From a virus (Duplodnaviria; Caudoviricetes): a DNA stretch of 64,000 nucleotides. Below the pieces are notes generated by a model. The model was not told the DNA's origin and did not search any database. It saw only the letters and a program-made list of their open reading frames with translations. A program made the position numbers and the translations under genes. Shown piece by piece: positions 27,840-36,813 of this stretch (positions are counted from its first letter, which is position 1; every line of letters begins with the position of its first letter). The stretch lies in the IMG/VR virus record IMGVR_UViG_3300034061_006011; one strand, 5' to 3'.

Positions 27840-28126
27840 AAAATAAGAAATGTCCAAGTTGTAATATAGATTATTCATTTATAAGTGAAAAACATCGACT
27901 TGGATGTTCTTTTTGTTATTTCGCATTCAGAAAAGAAATGCTTTATGTTTTTGAGTACAAACAAGATAATAATTATAAACATGTTGGAAAAATTCCTAAG
28001 AAATACGATAATCCTGTTGTGTTGTTTGTAAATGATTTGATTGATGAAAAAATAAAAAATGAAAATGTTAAAAAAGATTTAAAAGACAAGATGCAGATAA
28101 ACGCAAGTATTGGAGAACAATTATGA
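27836..28126 (+). CDS. McsA-like zinc-binding protein (truncated)
   Basis: CPSC...RLGCSFCY.AF...HVGKIP matches the second half of McsA. Confidence 0.7.
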   Translation: MKNKKCPSCNIDYSFISEKHRLGCSFCYFAFRKEMLYVFEYKQDNNYKHVGKIPKKYDNPVVLFVNDLIDEKIKNENVKKDLKDKMQINASIGEQL

Positions 28127-28641
28127 AAAATTGGCATGGCATAATGAAAATTGAAGAGATAATTCACAGTGATGCGAATGGCAAAGAACTTTATAAAGAA
28201 GAAAATGTTTATAACATTTTACATGGTCAAGGAGAAGAAACAATACTTTCTGCTATTTTTGCAGGTGGTCCTAACAATAACGCATATATCCCTATTAACT
28301 ATTATCTTGGCTTAGACAATAGAGCAACTATAAGTGAAGGGCAAACTCTTGCAAGTCTTGTAGGAGAACCAAGCGGTAATGGTTATAGTAGACAGCCAGT
28401 AAGCTCAACTACTGGATTTACTATAATAAACAATGGTGGCGTGTATCAAGCTAGAAGTAATGTTGTAATTTTTGCAGCTGTAACTGGATCATGGGGTCCA
28501 GTTGTCAATATATTTTTAACAAATTCTAGTTCTGGAACAACTGGCAAGCTGTATAGCACAGCAGTTTTATCAGCACCAATTGTACTCAGTGCTGGAGAAA
28601 ATGTAAGCGCAAGATTTTCAATGGCTTTGAGAAACTGCTAA
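28123..28641 (+). CDS. Putative virion structural protein
   Basis: GEETIL...YYLGL...GNGYSRQ pattern; similar to 16485-16889. Confidence 0.55.
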   Translation: MKNWHGIMKIEEIIHSDANGKELYKEENVYNILHGQGEETILSAIFAGGPNNNAYIPINYYLGLDNRATISEGQTLASLVGEPSGNGYSRQPVSSTTGFTIINNGGVYQARSNVVIFAAVTGSWGPVVNIFLTNSSSGTTGKLYSTAVLSAPIVLSAGENVSARFSMALRNC

Positions 28642-29046
28642 TTCATCAACAAAAATATAATTTTTTTCTAAAACAGATTTATCTGTTATGCAAATAAAAT
28701 GCATTTCTTTTTTGCCTTTTATAATAAATTTTAATTTTTCTTTTCCACCATTTTCTTTATCTAAAATGTCATCAATATCGACATTTACTTTTTTTGGATT
28801 AAAATTTATATTGATGTGTTCAAGTTTATCAACAACTTCTGTTTTTTTTGAATTTGAATCAAGTTCATACAATGTGACATGTTCTTCTATGAATGAGAAT
28901 TCTATGTTAAATTTATCTTGATTTATTTCTGTGAGAAATCCTTCTGCCATAATTTTGTTGCCTATGTTAAGTTCGTTTCTTCCATTAGCGTCAACAAATA
29001 TTTGGTGATTATAAATCTTCATCACGCATTTCTTCCATAAGGACAT
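28618..29046 (-). CDS. Hypothetical protein
   Basis: 142-aa ORF overlapping the nuclease stop. Confidence 0.55.
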   Translation of the reverse strand: MSLWKKCVMKIYNHQIFVDANGRNELNIGNKIMAEGFLTEINQDKFNIEFSFIEEHVTLYELDSNSKKTEVVDKLEHININFNPKKVNVDIDDILDKENGGKEKLKFIIKGKKEMHFICITDKSVLEKNYIFVDELAVSQSH

Positions 29047-29777
29047 ATGTTTTGGAAATCACATCTTCTACAATGATTGCCAATATTTGGTCGTGCTTGG
29101 CTTTCATCTGTAGATTCTATTATGTTATAGTTTTCTCTTAAAAATTCAATAGCACTTTCCATTTGTTTTTCTGTATAATTTGTACAAACCAATTTTTTAT
29201 TTTCCAAATAATAAAGGCAACAAAAAACACTTTCTGGCTTTAAATTAAATTTCTTACAAATATAATAAGCATAAGTTCTAAGTTGCAAATCTTCTTTTAT
29301 AGTTGTGTTGTTCTTCTGATAGAATCCAGCTTTAGTTGTTTTATAATCAAGTATCATAGTTTTATCTTCTTTGAAGATAATTCTATCAACATATCCAAGC
29401 AAATATTTTTCATTTGGTGGCAACATGTCAAGCTTTATTTCATATTCAAGCAAACCTTCATACCCAATATTTGTTGTTATTTTTTCAATATTATCAAGAT
29501 GTATCGGAAGCTTATCTTTATATTCTTTGCTTAATTTTAAATTCTTGAATTCTTCTGTATGCAAACCTGTTAACAAATCAGATGCTATTTTTCTAATTGG
29601 CAATGTGCCTTTTTCTTTAACATAAATTTCTGCTGCTTTGTGTACAAGTTTACCATAAGCAAAGTAAGGTGGTTCTGGCTTTGTTGGTAATACTTCTAAA
29701 TGATATTTATAACGATACTTTACTTGACATTCTTCCCAAACACCAGATCTAGAAATTGATATATGTTTGATTTTCAA
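29022..29777 (-). CDS. Cas4/RecB-like PD-(D/E)xK exonuclease with Fe-S cysteines
   Basis: N-terminal Cys, GKLVH, GYVDRI, ILDYKT, QLRTY and CRRC....C. Confidence 0.85.
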   Translation of the reverse strand: MKIKHISISRSGVWEECQVKYRYKYHLEVLPTKPEPPYFAYGKLVHKAAEIYVKEKGTLPIRKIASDLLTGLHTEEFKNLKLSKEYKDKLPIHLDNIEKITTNIGYEGLLEYEIKLDMLPPNEKYLLGYVDRIIFKEDKTMILDYKTTKAGFYQKNNTTIKEDLQLRTYAYYICKKFNLKPESVFCCLYYLENKKLVCTNYTEKQMESAIEFLRENYNIIESTDESQARPNIGNHCRRCDFQNICPYGRNA

Positions 29778-29785
29778 CTTGCACC

Positions 29786-29813
29786 TTGACTTTTTATCTT
29801 ACTCCATTAATAT
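29786..29813 (+). promoter_or_regulatory. Sigma70-type promoter upstream of primase
   Basis: TTGACT-N16-TAATAT. Confidence 0.45.
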
Positions 29814-29843
29814 AGCAAAACCAGCTGCTTTTGGAATAATATT

Positions 29844-30797
29844 ATGATTAATGATCAACTTTTTTTTAAATGGGCTGAGAAAAAATTTGGTCAACCACTT
29901 GTCAAAGGAGATCAGATAAGATTCAATTCTCCTTTCTGCGAAGACTCAAAACATCATCTTTATTGCAATATTAAAAAGTTTTGGAAAGGAGTTTTTAATT
30001 GTTTCAAAAGCAACAACAAAGGAACTGTCGTTGCTCTTGTAATGAAAGTAGAAGATTGTCAATTCAACAAAGCAATGCAAATACTAGGAATCACTGGAAA
30101 AGAAAGCTCTGATGAATTTTTCCAAGATGAAAATTCAATAGACTATGATTCGCTTAATAAGGAAGAATTTGAAACTATAAAAATGCCAGAAGGCGCTGTT
30201 AAAGTTAACTCTGCACCAAGATGGTGGAAAGATATGGCAAACAATTACTTGAACAACAGAAATATTAATAGTGATTTGTTTTTTGTTGGCATAGATGGCA
30301 GGATGAAATCAAGAATTGTAATCCCATATTATGACAGAAAAGGCAATTTGATTTATTACAATGGTAGAGCATTGTTTCAAAGCAAACTAAGATATCTTGG
30401 TCCTCATAAAGATGAATGTAATGTGGGCAAAGCAGATGTCATATTCTTTCGTAAGTGGAACGAAAATAATCAGAAAATTTATGTATGTGAAGGTGAATTT
30501 GATTCTATGTCTTTAACAGAAGCAAATATTATGTCATGTGCTGTTGGTGGCAAATACATTTCAGTAAAACAAGCCACTGTCTTAGCTAATAAAGAAATAT
30601 GCTTGGCTTTTGATAACGACGAAGCAGGAAAAAGTTCTGTAGAAAATTCTTTTAAATTATTAAAATCTTTTGGATGTCAAGTTACCAAGGTCTGTCCACC
30701 TTTAGATATCAAGGATTGGAATGAATTCCTTGTTAAATTTGACAAAAATATGTTGTATCAGTATATTAAATTAGCTGAAACTCAAATGGATGGTTAA
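29844..30797 (+). CDS. DNA primase (TOPRIM, DnaG/gp61-like)
   Basis: Degenerate Zn-binding N-terminus; RIVIPY, YNGRA, VCEGEFD, AFDNDEAG and KDWNE. Confidence 0.9.
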   Translation: MINDQLFFKWAEKKFGQPLVKGDQIRFNSPFCEDSKHHLYCNIKKFWKGVFNCFKSNNKGTVVALVMKVEDCQFNKAMQILGITGKESSDEFFQDENSIDYDSLNKEEFETIKMPEGAVKVNSAPRWWKDMANNYLNNRNINSDLFFVGIDGRMKSRIVIPYYDRKGNLIYYNGRALFQSKLRYLGPHKDECNVGKADVIFFRKWNENNQKIYVCEGEFDSMSLTEANIMSCAVGGKYISVKQATVLANKEICLAFDNDEAGKSSVENSFKLLKSFGCQVTKVCPPLDIKDWNEFLVKFDKNMLYQYIKLAETQMDG

Positions 30798-31101
30798 CAT
30801 GGATAACAGAACAACAATTACAAGATTACAACACTTTATTGGAAAACCATGTAGTTTTTTTACATCTTTGCATCAAAGAAATCTTAAAGATGAACAACAA
30901 ATTGTTTATTTTATAGGTTTCCCCACAGAAATTAATCAAGATGGAATTTTCTACAAATCCTATAAAGGAGAAAAAATGAATTTTATAAACATTAATCACC
31001 TTGTTTCTATTTGTGAGGAAGAACTAGTAGCTCAACCTCAACAAAAAGCACCAGATAATTTGAGTGATTTAGAAAGAATGATGTCTAAAAAATCTTCTTG
31101 A
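30790..31101 (+). CDS. Hypothetical protein
   Basis: 103-aa ORF overlapping the primase stop. Confidence 0.6.
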   Translation: MVNMDNRTTITRLQHFIGKPCSFFTSLHQRNLKDEQQIVYFIGFPTEINQDGIFYKSYKGEKMNFININHLVSICEEELVAQPQQKAPDNLSDLERMMSKKSS

Positions 31102-31513
31102 GAGACATTAGCTTGCTGTCAAAATTGTGGAATTCACTTCCACTGTATTGCATGTTGATTTCCCTAAATTGAGTTTCTTCTAGTTCTGATGAAACATCAA
31201 AGTAAAAAAATCTATTTTTCTTTCCAAGTAAAATAAACTTGTGCATCAAAATATAAGCTGCACAACCTAGATCGTTTGTAAAACAATTGCTTTTAATTTC
31301 AAATGGATATTCATCAAGTTTCTTCAAACTCATTAAACATGAATCGAAATGATGAAATTCACTTGATAAATAACTTATTTTTAAATCTTCAAACTTTTTA
31401 TTTTCATCTGAAACAACTTCAAACAAAAAACTTTTATCTTTTTTATCACGCAGTTTGTATTCATGCATAACAAGATAAGCAGCAATTCCAATATCTCTAA
31501 TTTCTTTTAACAT
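31085..31513 (-). CDS. Tandem-domain protein, DUF5659-like
   Basis: Two ~65-aa repeats D.G.AAY..MH...F.F...SEFH.FDS.LMSLKK. Confidence 0.6.
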   Translation of the reverse strand: MLKEIRDIGIAAYLVMHEYKLRDKKDKSFLFEVVSDENKKFEDLKISYLSSEFHHFDSCLMSLKKLDEYPFEIKSNCFTNDLGCAAYILMHKFILLGKKNRFFYFDVSSELEETQFREINMQYSGSEFHNFDSKLMSLKKIF

Positions 31514-32514
31514 CAGTTAGAATTCTCCGCTGCTATTAAACAGCCTTTGGCAATTGTGTAAGTTGCATTATCTGCTCTTGTAATATCTCCAAGTTCAATA
31601 CTTAAGCCAGCACTCTTCATTGCATCTCTAAATATTACATCAAACCCAGCAATACATGATGTGCCACCAGCAACAACAACATCAACTGCGCCAGCAGACC
31701 TAACATTTGTTTTTGCGTTTGCAAGCCCGTTTTTGATGCCTTGGACGGTCTTTTCAATCATGATCCTATATTGGGTGCCAATTGCCCTTTCAATCATGTT
31801 TGTTGGTTCTTTGCTCAAATCAACTTTCATCTTTTCTTTATTGATAACTGTAGTGCTTTCACCAGTTGCTTTGGCTGATTGTTTGTCAATCCAATCACCT
31901 GAATTTACAATTGCAAATTGGAATACTGGATTACCATACATTGCGTAGCAGACGTTTACCATTCCACCTCCGCAAGATATTCCAATCCCTGTATAAGCCT
32001 TCTTTTGCATTTCTGCATAGATGATAGCTAAAGCTTCATTGATTGGACTTGGATTTAGTTTATAACCAGCTTCGCTTCTATAACTCTTAAATATGCTGTG
32101 AAGAATTTTTTGATGGTAATCTGCATCTGTTTCTGTGTTTACGGCATTTGCAGGAACACAATAATAGATCTTTTCATCATCTTTATCAATTTCGCCAATC
32201 AATGAATGAATCATGATCTGCAAGATTTCAAATGCACTTTTTTCTTTTGGATTAACGCATCCTTCTGACATTGGACGCTTTAGTTCTAAAGAAGCTAATG
32301 TGTAAGCCATATTTACAGCAGCTTCACCAAGAACATAACCCATATTGTCCCTTTCAATCAAAGGAACACCAGAGTTTTTCATCATGTTAAATAAGAAACG
32401 ATTTTCTAAAGGAATTTCAACAAATGAATTGATTCCCTTGTTGAATTCAATTTCTTTCTTGTTTCTTTTGGCGCAAATCAAAGAAAACGTACCAACATCA
32501 AATCCGAGACTCAT
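31513..32514 (-). CDS. Actin-like ATPase (MreB/ParM/FtsA fold)
   Basis: Phosphate-1 GFDVGT, connect-1 INEALA, phosphate-2 ISCGGG and adenosine VVAGGTS. Confidence 0.8.
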   Translation of the reverse strand: MSLGFDVGTFSLICAKRNKKEIEFNKGINSFVEIPLENRFLFNMMKNSGVPLIERDNMGYVLGEAAVNMAYTLASLELKRPMSEGCVNPKEKSAFEILQIMIHSLIGEIDKDDEKIYYCVPANAVNTETDADYHQKILHSIFKSYRSEAGYKLNPSPINEALAIIYAEMQKKAYTGIGISCGGGMVNVCYAMYGNPVFQFAIVNSGDWIDKQSAKATGESTTVINKEKMKVDLSKEPTNMIERAIGTQYRIMIEKTVQGIKNGLANAKTNVRSAGAVDVVVAGGTSCIAGFDVIFRDAMKSAGLSIELGDITRADNATYTIAKGCLIAAENSN

Positions 32515-32744
32515 GACTGCTCCTTATTTCCAAATTTTATTTTTGGGACACTGTTGAATTCGGGTATTTCCCAAAGCGTTTGTTTTTCTTCTTGCTTTAC
32601 TTTTTTTTCTTCTTGTTTCGACTCAACAGTAGTATTTACAACACCTTGAGTCAAATTAATATTAATATCTAGTTTTAAATTGACTAGAACTTCGCCATTA
32701 ACGGTTTTAACACTAATTTCTGTTGGTTTTATTAATTGTGCCAC
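32511..32744 (-). CDS. Small hypothetical protein
   Basis: 77-aa ORF coupled to the actin-like gene. Confidence 0.6.
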   Translation of the reverse strand: MAQLIKPTEISVKTVNGEVLVNLKLDININLTQGVVNTTVESKQEEKKVKQEEKQTLWEIPEFNSVPKIKFGNKEQS

Positions 32745-32758
32745 AAATTAACATAGTT

Positions 32759-33718
32759 TTAAACGCAAAATTTGTTTAAAAAATAGTTTAGTTTATCGTT
32801 TACAATATCCATTGGTAATTCTATTGAACATTTTAATTGTTTGTCAATTAAAGGATAAGGACATCTTCCCATGTTATTACAAGGTCCGCATGTCCAATTT
32901 TTATCATTTGATGAATCTTTTTGAATAACTGTTAAGTTTTTATAATGTTTACCAACAACATGTCCATTTGTGTAATTAAAAAATCCTAGCAAAGGTTTGT
33001 TATATCCACCAGCGCAATGTAAATGACCTGTGTCTGTTGATATTACCATGTCTGAAAAATATATCATACTCATTGCTTCAATAAAATTTCTACATGCTAT
33101 TAGTGGAAATTTTAATTGATCTAATGTTGGAATATTATGCATATAAAAACAGAAAGCATTAGTTTCTAATAATCTTTTTTCTACAAGTTCACGATGTTTT
33201 TGCATTATATGTCTAGTAGGGACTGCGCTATATGGTGTAAATGCTATTATTTTTTGACCTTCTTTATATCCACCTTGTTTAAATAAAGAAAAAATATAAT
33301 CTCTATTTTTTTCTAAACTAGGTAAATGCATGTTATGATTGTCTAATGTAAGTCCAAATGATTCAGCCCAAATATCACTGCGATTTTTAACACATTCTTT
33401 GTTGTAGAAAGCTTCATGTCTTGAGCAATGATGTGTTATATTAAAAACTTGCCTATAATTATTATAATCAATGTCTTTATGATCTATTACTTCATCAATA
33501 TATTTATGATCTTTTATTACTTGAAAATAAGCTTGAGGTAGAGCATATGTTATTTTAAAATCAGGATATTGCTTTTTTAGATCTTCAAATATCATTCTAG
33601 ACATTAAAATGTCGCCGTATCCACCACATAAACGTAAAATGCAAATATTATTTTTTATTTTATTGTAATGTTTGATTCCTTGTGCCTTTTTAGGAGGCAT
33701 TTTAATAATTAGTTTCAC
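32759..33718 (-). CDS. Glycosyltransferase family 9 (heptosyltransferase-like)
   Basis: GGYGDILM, KQYPDFKI and ISTDTGHLHCAGGYNKP motifs. Confidence 0.85.
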   Translation of the reverse strand: MKLIIKMPPKKAQGIKHYNKIKNNICILRLCGGYGDILMSRMIFEDLKKQYPDFKITYALPQAYFQVIKDHKYIDEVIDHKDIDYNNYRQVFNITHHCSRHEAFYNKECVKNRSDIWAESFGLTLDNHNMHLPSLEKNRDYIFSLFKQGGYKEGQKIIAFTPYSAVPTRHIMQKHRELVEKRLLETNAFCFYMHNIPTLDQLKFPLIACRNFIEAMSMIYFSDMVISTDTGHLHCAGGYNKPLLGFFNYTNGHVVGKHYKNLTVIQKDSSNDKNWTCGPCNNMGRCPYPLIDKQLKCSIELPMDIVNDKLNYFLNKFCV

Positions 33719-33726
33719 AAAATAAA

Positions 33727-33760
33727 AATAGTGCTCGCAATTTAAATTGCAAGCACTATT
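33727..33760 (-). terminator. Rho-independent terminator candidate
   Basis: AATAGTGCTCGCAAT..ATTGCAAGCACTATT inverted repeat with T-tract on the minus strand. Confidence 0.7.
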
Positions 33761-33781
33761 TATTAATTTTTAATAATTAAG

Positions 33782-34390
33782 TTAGCTGTTGCATTGAGAA
33801 ACAACAGAATAAAGAGCTTCGATGTTGAATGTGCCAAATACGCCTGTTGCACCAGACATCTGAGGCTGAACAGCGACTCTATTGATAGAAATATCGCCAC
33901 CATTGAATACCTGAGTGCTGCCAGCTTCAAGGACAAAGATAGCGCCAGAACTACCGTTAAGCTGAACAATTGCATTGTTACCAGAAGCAAGAGCACCAGC
34001 ATTGGTAAGCTGCATAAAGGAAGCAAAGCTGCCAGTGTCGCCAGCAATGTCGATAATGTTGCCAGAAGAAACAAGAGTCTTACCAGAAGTAAGGGTGATG
34101 TTTGTTACTGCTGGATAGGTATTTTCGCTAGCAATGTCGCTGTAAACGCTACCATCATCAGTAACAACTTCGATGAAAGCATCATCAACAGATACAGCTG
34201 GAACTGCAAATTGCTTCCAGTAGTTGCAATCGGTGAAGGTTGTACCGTCAGCGATCTCACGAATTTTGCCATTTGGTCCAGTTACAAACATAGTGCGCTG
34301 AACGCTAGTGGAGAACTCAACACCAGTAGCTGGATCAATGTCGAGAGTGCCCTGATTTCCCTGATTTAATTTTACTCGAAATACACTCAT
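33782..34390 (-). CDS. Putative abundant virion protein
   Basis: AAGGAG RBS, upstream TATATATA, beta-rich G/S/T composition, own terminator. Confidence 0.6.
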   Translation of the reverse strand: MSVFRVKLNQGNQGTLDIDPATGVEFSTSVQRTMFVTGPNGKIREIADGTTFTDCNYWKQFAVPAVSVDDAFIEVVTDDGSVYSDIASENTYPAVTNITLTSGKTLVSSGNIIDIAGDTGSFASFMQLTNAGALASGNNAIVQLNGSSGAIFVLEAGSTQVFNGGDISINRVAVQPQMSGATGVFGTFNIEALYSVVSQCNS

Positions 34391-34508
34391 TTTTAAACTC
34401 CTTCATATGAAGATTTACTTACTATATATATAATCGTAGCTATATTTTTTTCTGCTTTGGAAACATTTTTAAAAATAATCCACTACAGTTTCCATTATTA
34501 GTTATTGC

Positions 34509-34536
34509 AGATACTAATAAATTTTTATTAGTATCT
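34509..34536. other. Perfect 12-bp inverted repeat (terminator or operator)
   Basis: AGATACTAATAA-ATTT-TTATTAGTATCT, intergenic. Confidence 0.5.
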
Positions 34537-34561
34537 TAAAAAAATTGACAATACTATTATA

Positions 34562-34882
34562 TTATTTAAATTTTATATCATTTTTATCAAAATAATCTTT
34601 TATTCCATTGCCTTTGGGGTTGATATAAATTTCTTCACAAACGGCAAAATTATTTTTATTCTTTTCCATTTCTTCTAGACTAATAAAATTACTTGGTAGT
34701 TTTAAATCTTTTATTACATTGTTAGTAAAAGCAAAGTAAAAATTAATTTCAGGATATTTTTCTTTTATATTTTCTTGTAATATATTTAATTGGATTGCAT
34801 ATTCTAAGTTATAGACAGATAGATATATGCAATAATTGTTTGTAATTTTTGAAAGGATTTTAATTGTGGAAGAATCAGTCAC
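34562..34882 (-). CDS. Hypothetical, resembles a GT9 N-terminal fragment
   Basis: IKEKYPEINFYFAF resembles LKKQYPDFKITYAL of 32759-33718. Confidence 0.4.
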   Translation of the reverse strand: MTDSSTIKILSKITNNYCIYLSVYNLEYAIQLNILQENIKEKYPEINFYFAFTNNVIKDLKLPSNFISLEEMEKNKNNFAVCEEIYINPKGNGIKDYFDKNDIKFK

Positions 34883-35021
34883 AAATCCATCTCCAGATGA
34901 AAAGTCAAAAATTGAAGATTCTCTAGATGCTATGCAAAAGTTTTCTGCAAGTCTAGGACCAAATGATATTTACAGTCAAATTTTGATTGAAGAACTTTTT
35001 AAGGTTTTATGCAAAAAATGA
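34836..35021 (+). CDS. Small hypothetical protein
   Basis: Short ORF filling an intergenic gap; start uncertain. Confidence 0.3.
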   Translation: MFVIFERILIVEESVTNPSPDEKSKIEDSLDAMQKFSASLGPNDIYSQILIEELFKVLCKK

Positions 35022-35065
35022 TCTTGATTTGTTAATAATCCATGCTATAAATGAGTTAACCAGTA

Positions 35066-35593
35066 ATGAACTGGATTCAAGCCGCCCACATGGAGGATGT
35101 TGCTGTGAGACTTAGATACGTTTGGACATTGGTAGCTTTCGGTGTTATTTTCTCTTTGGGTGCTGTTAATTTTTATCAGTACAACAATGTCAGGAAATTA
35201 GAATTTTTCATGGAATGTGAAAGAGAACGAGCACGGATCAATGATGATCAGCTCAGAGAAAACACAATGAGAATGATTTCTGATTTAAGAGATCAAAACA
35301 TTGAAAGTGCTAGATCGCAAGGCAGGCTTGATGGCATTATTAGTGCTATCAATAACCTTAAGCTTTCTGAAGACAACGAATACAACAAGATTTGGCATGC
35401 CGGATATTATAACGGCACTGAAACACACAAACAACTTGTTGATGCTGCTTATGAAAACGGATATCATAAAGCAACAGAAGATGGTGCATGCACGGCTAAG
35501 GTAGATGCTAAGAAAGCTGCTGAAGCTAAAAATAAACCAGAAGTTGCTCCGCAGAAGAAGCCAGCAAATTCAGACATGACTACACAGAAGTAA
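35066..35593 (+). CDS. Single-pass membrane protein with coiled coil
   Basis: N-terminal TM segment VWTLVAFGVIFSLGAV; GY..G motifs. Confidence 0.65.
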   Translation: MNWIQAAHMEDVAVRLRYVWTLVAFGVIFSLGAVNFYQYNNVRKLEFFMECERERARINDDQLRENTMRMISDLRDQNIESARSQGRLDGIISAINNLKLSEDNEYNKIWHAGYYNGTETHKQLVDAAYENGYHKATEDGACTAKVDAKKAAEAKNKPEVAPQKKPANSDMTTQK

Positions 35594-35612
35594 AAGTGTT
35601 GTTCATTTTGTA

Positions 35613-35639
35613 GCCACCTGCACTAATAGTGCAGGTGGT
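35613..35639. terminator. Terminator between convergent genes
   Basis: GCCACCTGCACT-AAT-AGTGCAGGTGGT hairpin. Confidence 0.8.
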
Positions 35640-35918
35640 TTAGTTTTCTATAATATCATTTATGTTAAGATAAAATCTGCCTCTTGCAGACTTAATTAAC
35701 ACTTGATTTTCGATAATCTCTTCTACTGTTCCACCATTCTTGATAAAATCTTTTCCAATTTTTAATGAATTACCAATTATGATATCTGCTACTTCGCAAA
35801 AGTGTTTTAGTGATAAATTTGTTGTAACGCTATTACCGATCAATTTTTTATTTTCATTGATCTCGTTTTGAGCTTTTAGCCATTTCTTAAAATCGTAAAC
35901 AAATTTGTTATTGTTCAT
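35640..35918 (-). CDS. Small hypothetical protein
   Basis: 92-aa ORF; FVYDFKKWL N-terminus. Confidence 0.55.
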   Translation of the reverse strand: MNNNKFVYDFKKWLKAQNEINENKKLIGNSVTTNLSLKHFCEVADIIIGNSLKIGKDFIKNGGTVEEIIENQVLIKSARGRFYLNINDIIEN

Positions 35919-36813
35919 AAAATTTTTCTAAATTGTTTGGTTCAATATAGTTAGCAAACAACAAAGAATTTTTTATTCCAATGTAAGAAATATTTGTGTT
36001 TGAATTTCCAAGTTTTTGCCAGAATAAATTTGCATCAATAATATTTTTTGCAATTTTCTGTTGGGGATAGAAATGAAAATTTGTATCTTCTATTTTCTCT
36101 GTCCCCGGTCTTTGTTTTTCATAAGCATTTATTGGATAAGCAATGCATAATTTTTCACATTTCATTTTAGATGCTAATATTATTGCAGCAGATATTGAAC
36201 TTCTGTATTCATCAATATAATCAGCACTTTTGTGACTAATTGGACTTTCATAATTCTCATCTGGAGTTGTATTGTATCTAAATATTTTGTTTGGATATCT
36301 TTTAATAAATTTGTTGCATGATCTTGAACTTGCTATAAGGAATGGAAATATTCTTTCAGGCAGACAGGTTAAAGAATCTTCAAATGGATTAGTAAAAACC
36401 ATATAGTCTGGTAATCTTTTAGATTTCCAAAATCTGCTAGCACCATAAACTGTGATAATTTTTACATCTTTTGGCAATTGATCTAACCATGCGGTTGAAT
36501 TAGAAAATCCAAATCCATCTGATATTATTAATATTTTTTTGTGGATTATTGTTTCACTAAAAAAATCAAGCATTTGCATTTCTTGATTTTTCATTTCATT
36601 GTCTAGAAGAGTCTTCACTTCTTCTTTGCCATAAAATCCATTAATGTCTTTTGGCACAACATTTGGTTTCAAAAAATTCCTTACCCAAATGTTTTCATCA
36701 GTTAAATAATAATCATTCTTGTTTTTATGCAATTTGATTGTAACATTTTTCTCTTTATTGTTCGGCAGATTTACTTTAAAACTCTTGTAACTCTGCATGT
36801 TATTTTCTATCAT
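35908..36813 (-). CDS. DUF115/Maf-like (MptE-fold) putative sugar transferase
   Basis: KKILIISDG...KIITV...PDYMVF...SSISAAIILASKMKCEKL order typical of the fold. Confidence 0.45.
   Translation of the reverse strand: MIENNMQSYKSFKVNLPNNKEKNVTIKLHKNKNDYYLTDENIWVRNFLKPNVVPKDINGFYGKEEVKTLLDNEMKNQEMQMLDFFSETIIHKKILIISDGFGFSNSTAWLDQLPKDVKIITVYGASRFWKSKRLPDYMVFTNPFEDSLTCLPERIFPFLIASSRSCNKFIKRYPNKIFRYNTTPDENYESPISHKSADYIDEYRSSISAAIILASKMKCEKLCIAYPINAYEKQRPGTEKIEDTNFHFYPQQKIAKNIIDANLFWQKLGNSNTNISYIGIKNSLLFANYIEPNNLEKFYEQ

Noticed and set aside
29022-29777. CRISPR-Cas system suggested by the Cas4-like gene
   Set aside because: No repeat-spacer array or other cas genes seen; solo Cas4-like nucleases are common in phages
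33794-34369. 191-aa plus-strand ORF fully overlapping 33782-34390
   Set aside because: The minus-strand gene has the SD, promoter-like element and terminator; the plus frame is a shadow
34545-34575. TTGACA as a sigma70 -35 box
   Set aside because: No acceptable -10 hexamer at 16-18 nt, and it faces a convergent gene end
35301-35504. Embedded o-spanin lipoprotein inside 35066-35593
   Set aside because: Has a hydrophobic stretch but no lipobox cysteine
35640-35918. Additional member of the capsid-targeting leader family
   Set aside because: The aromatic/acidic pattern (YDFKKW) is shifted from the N-terminus and does not fit the M-x-x-F/Y-x-E/D spacing
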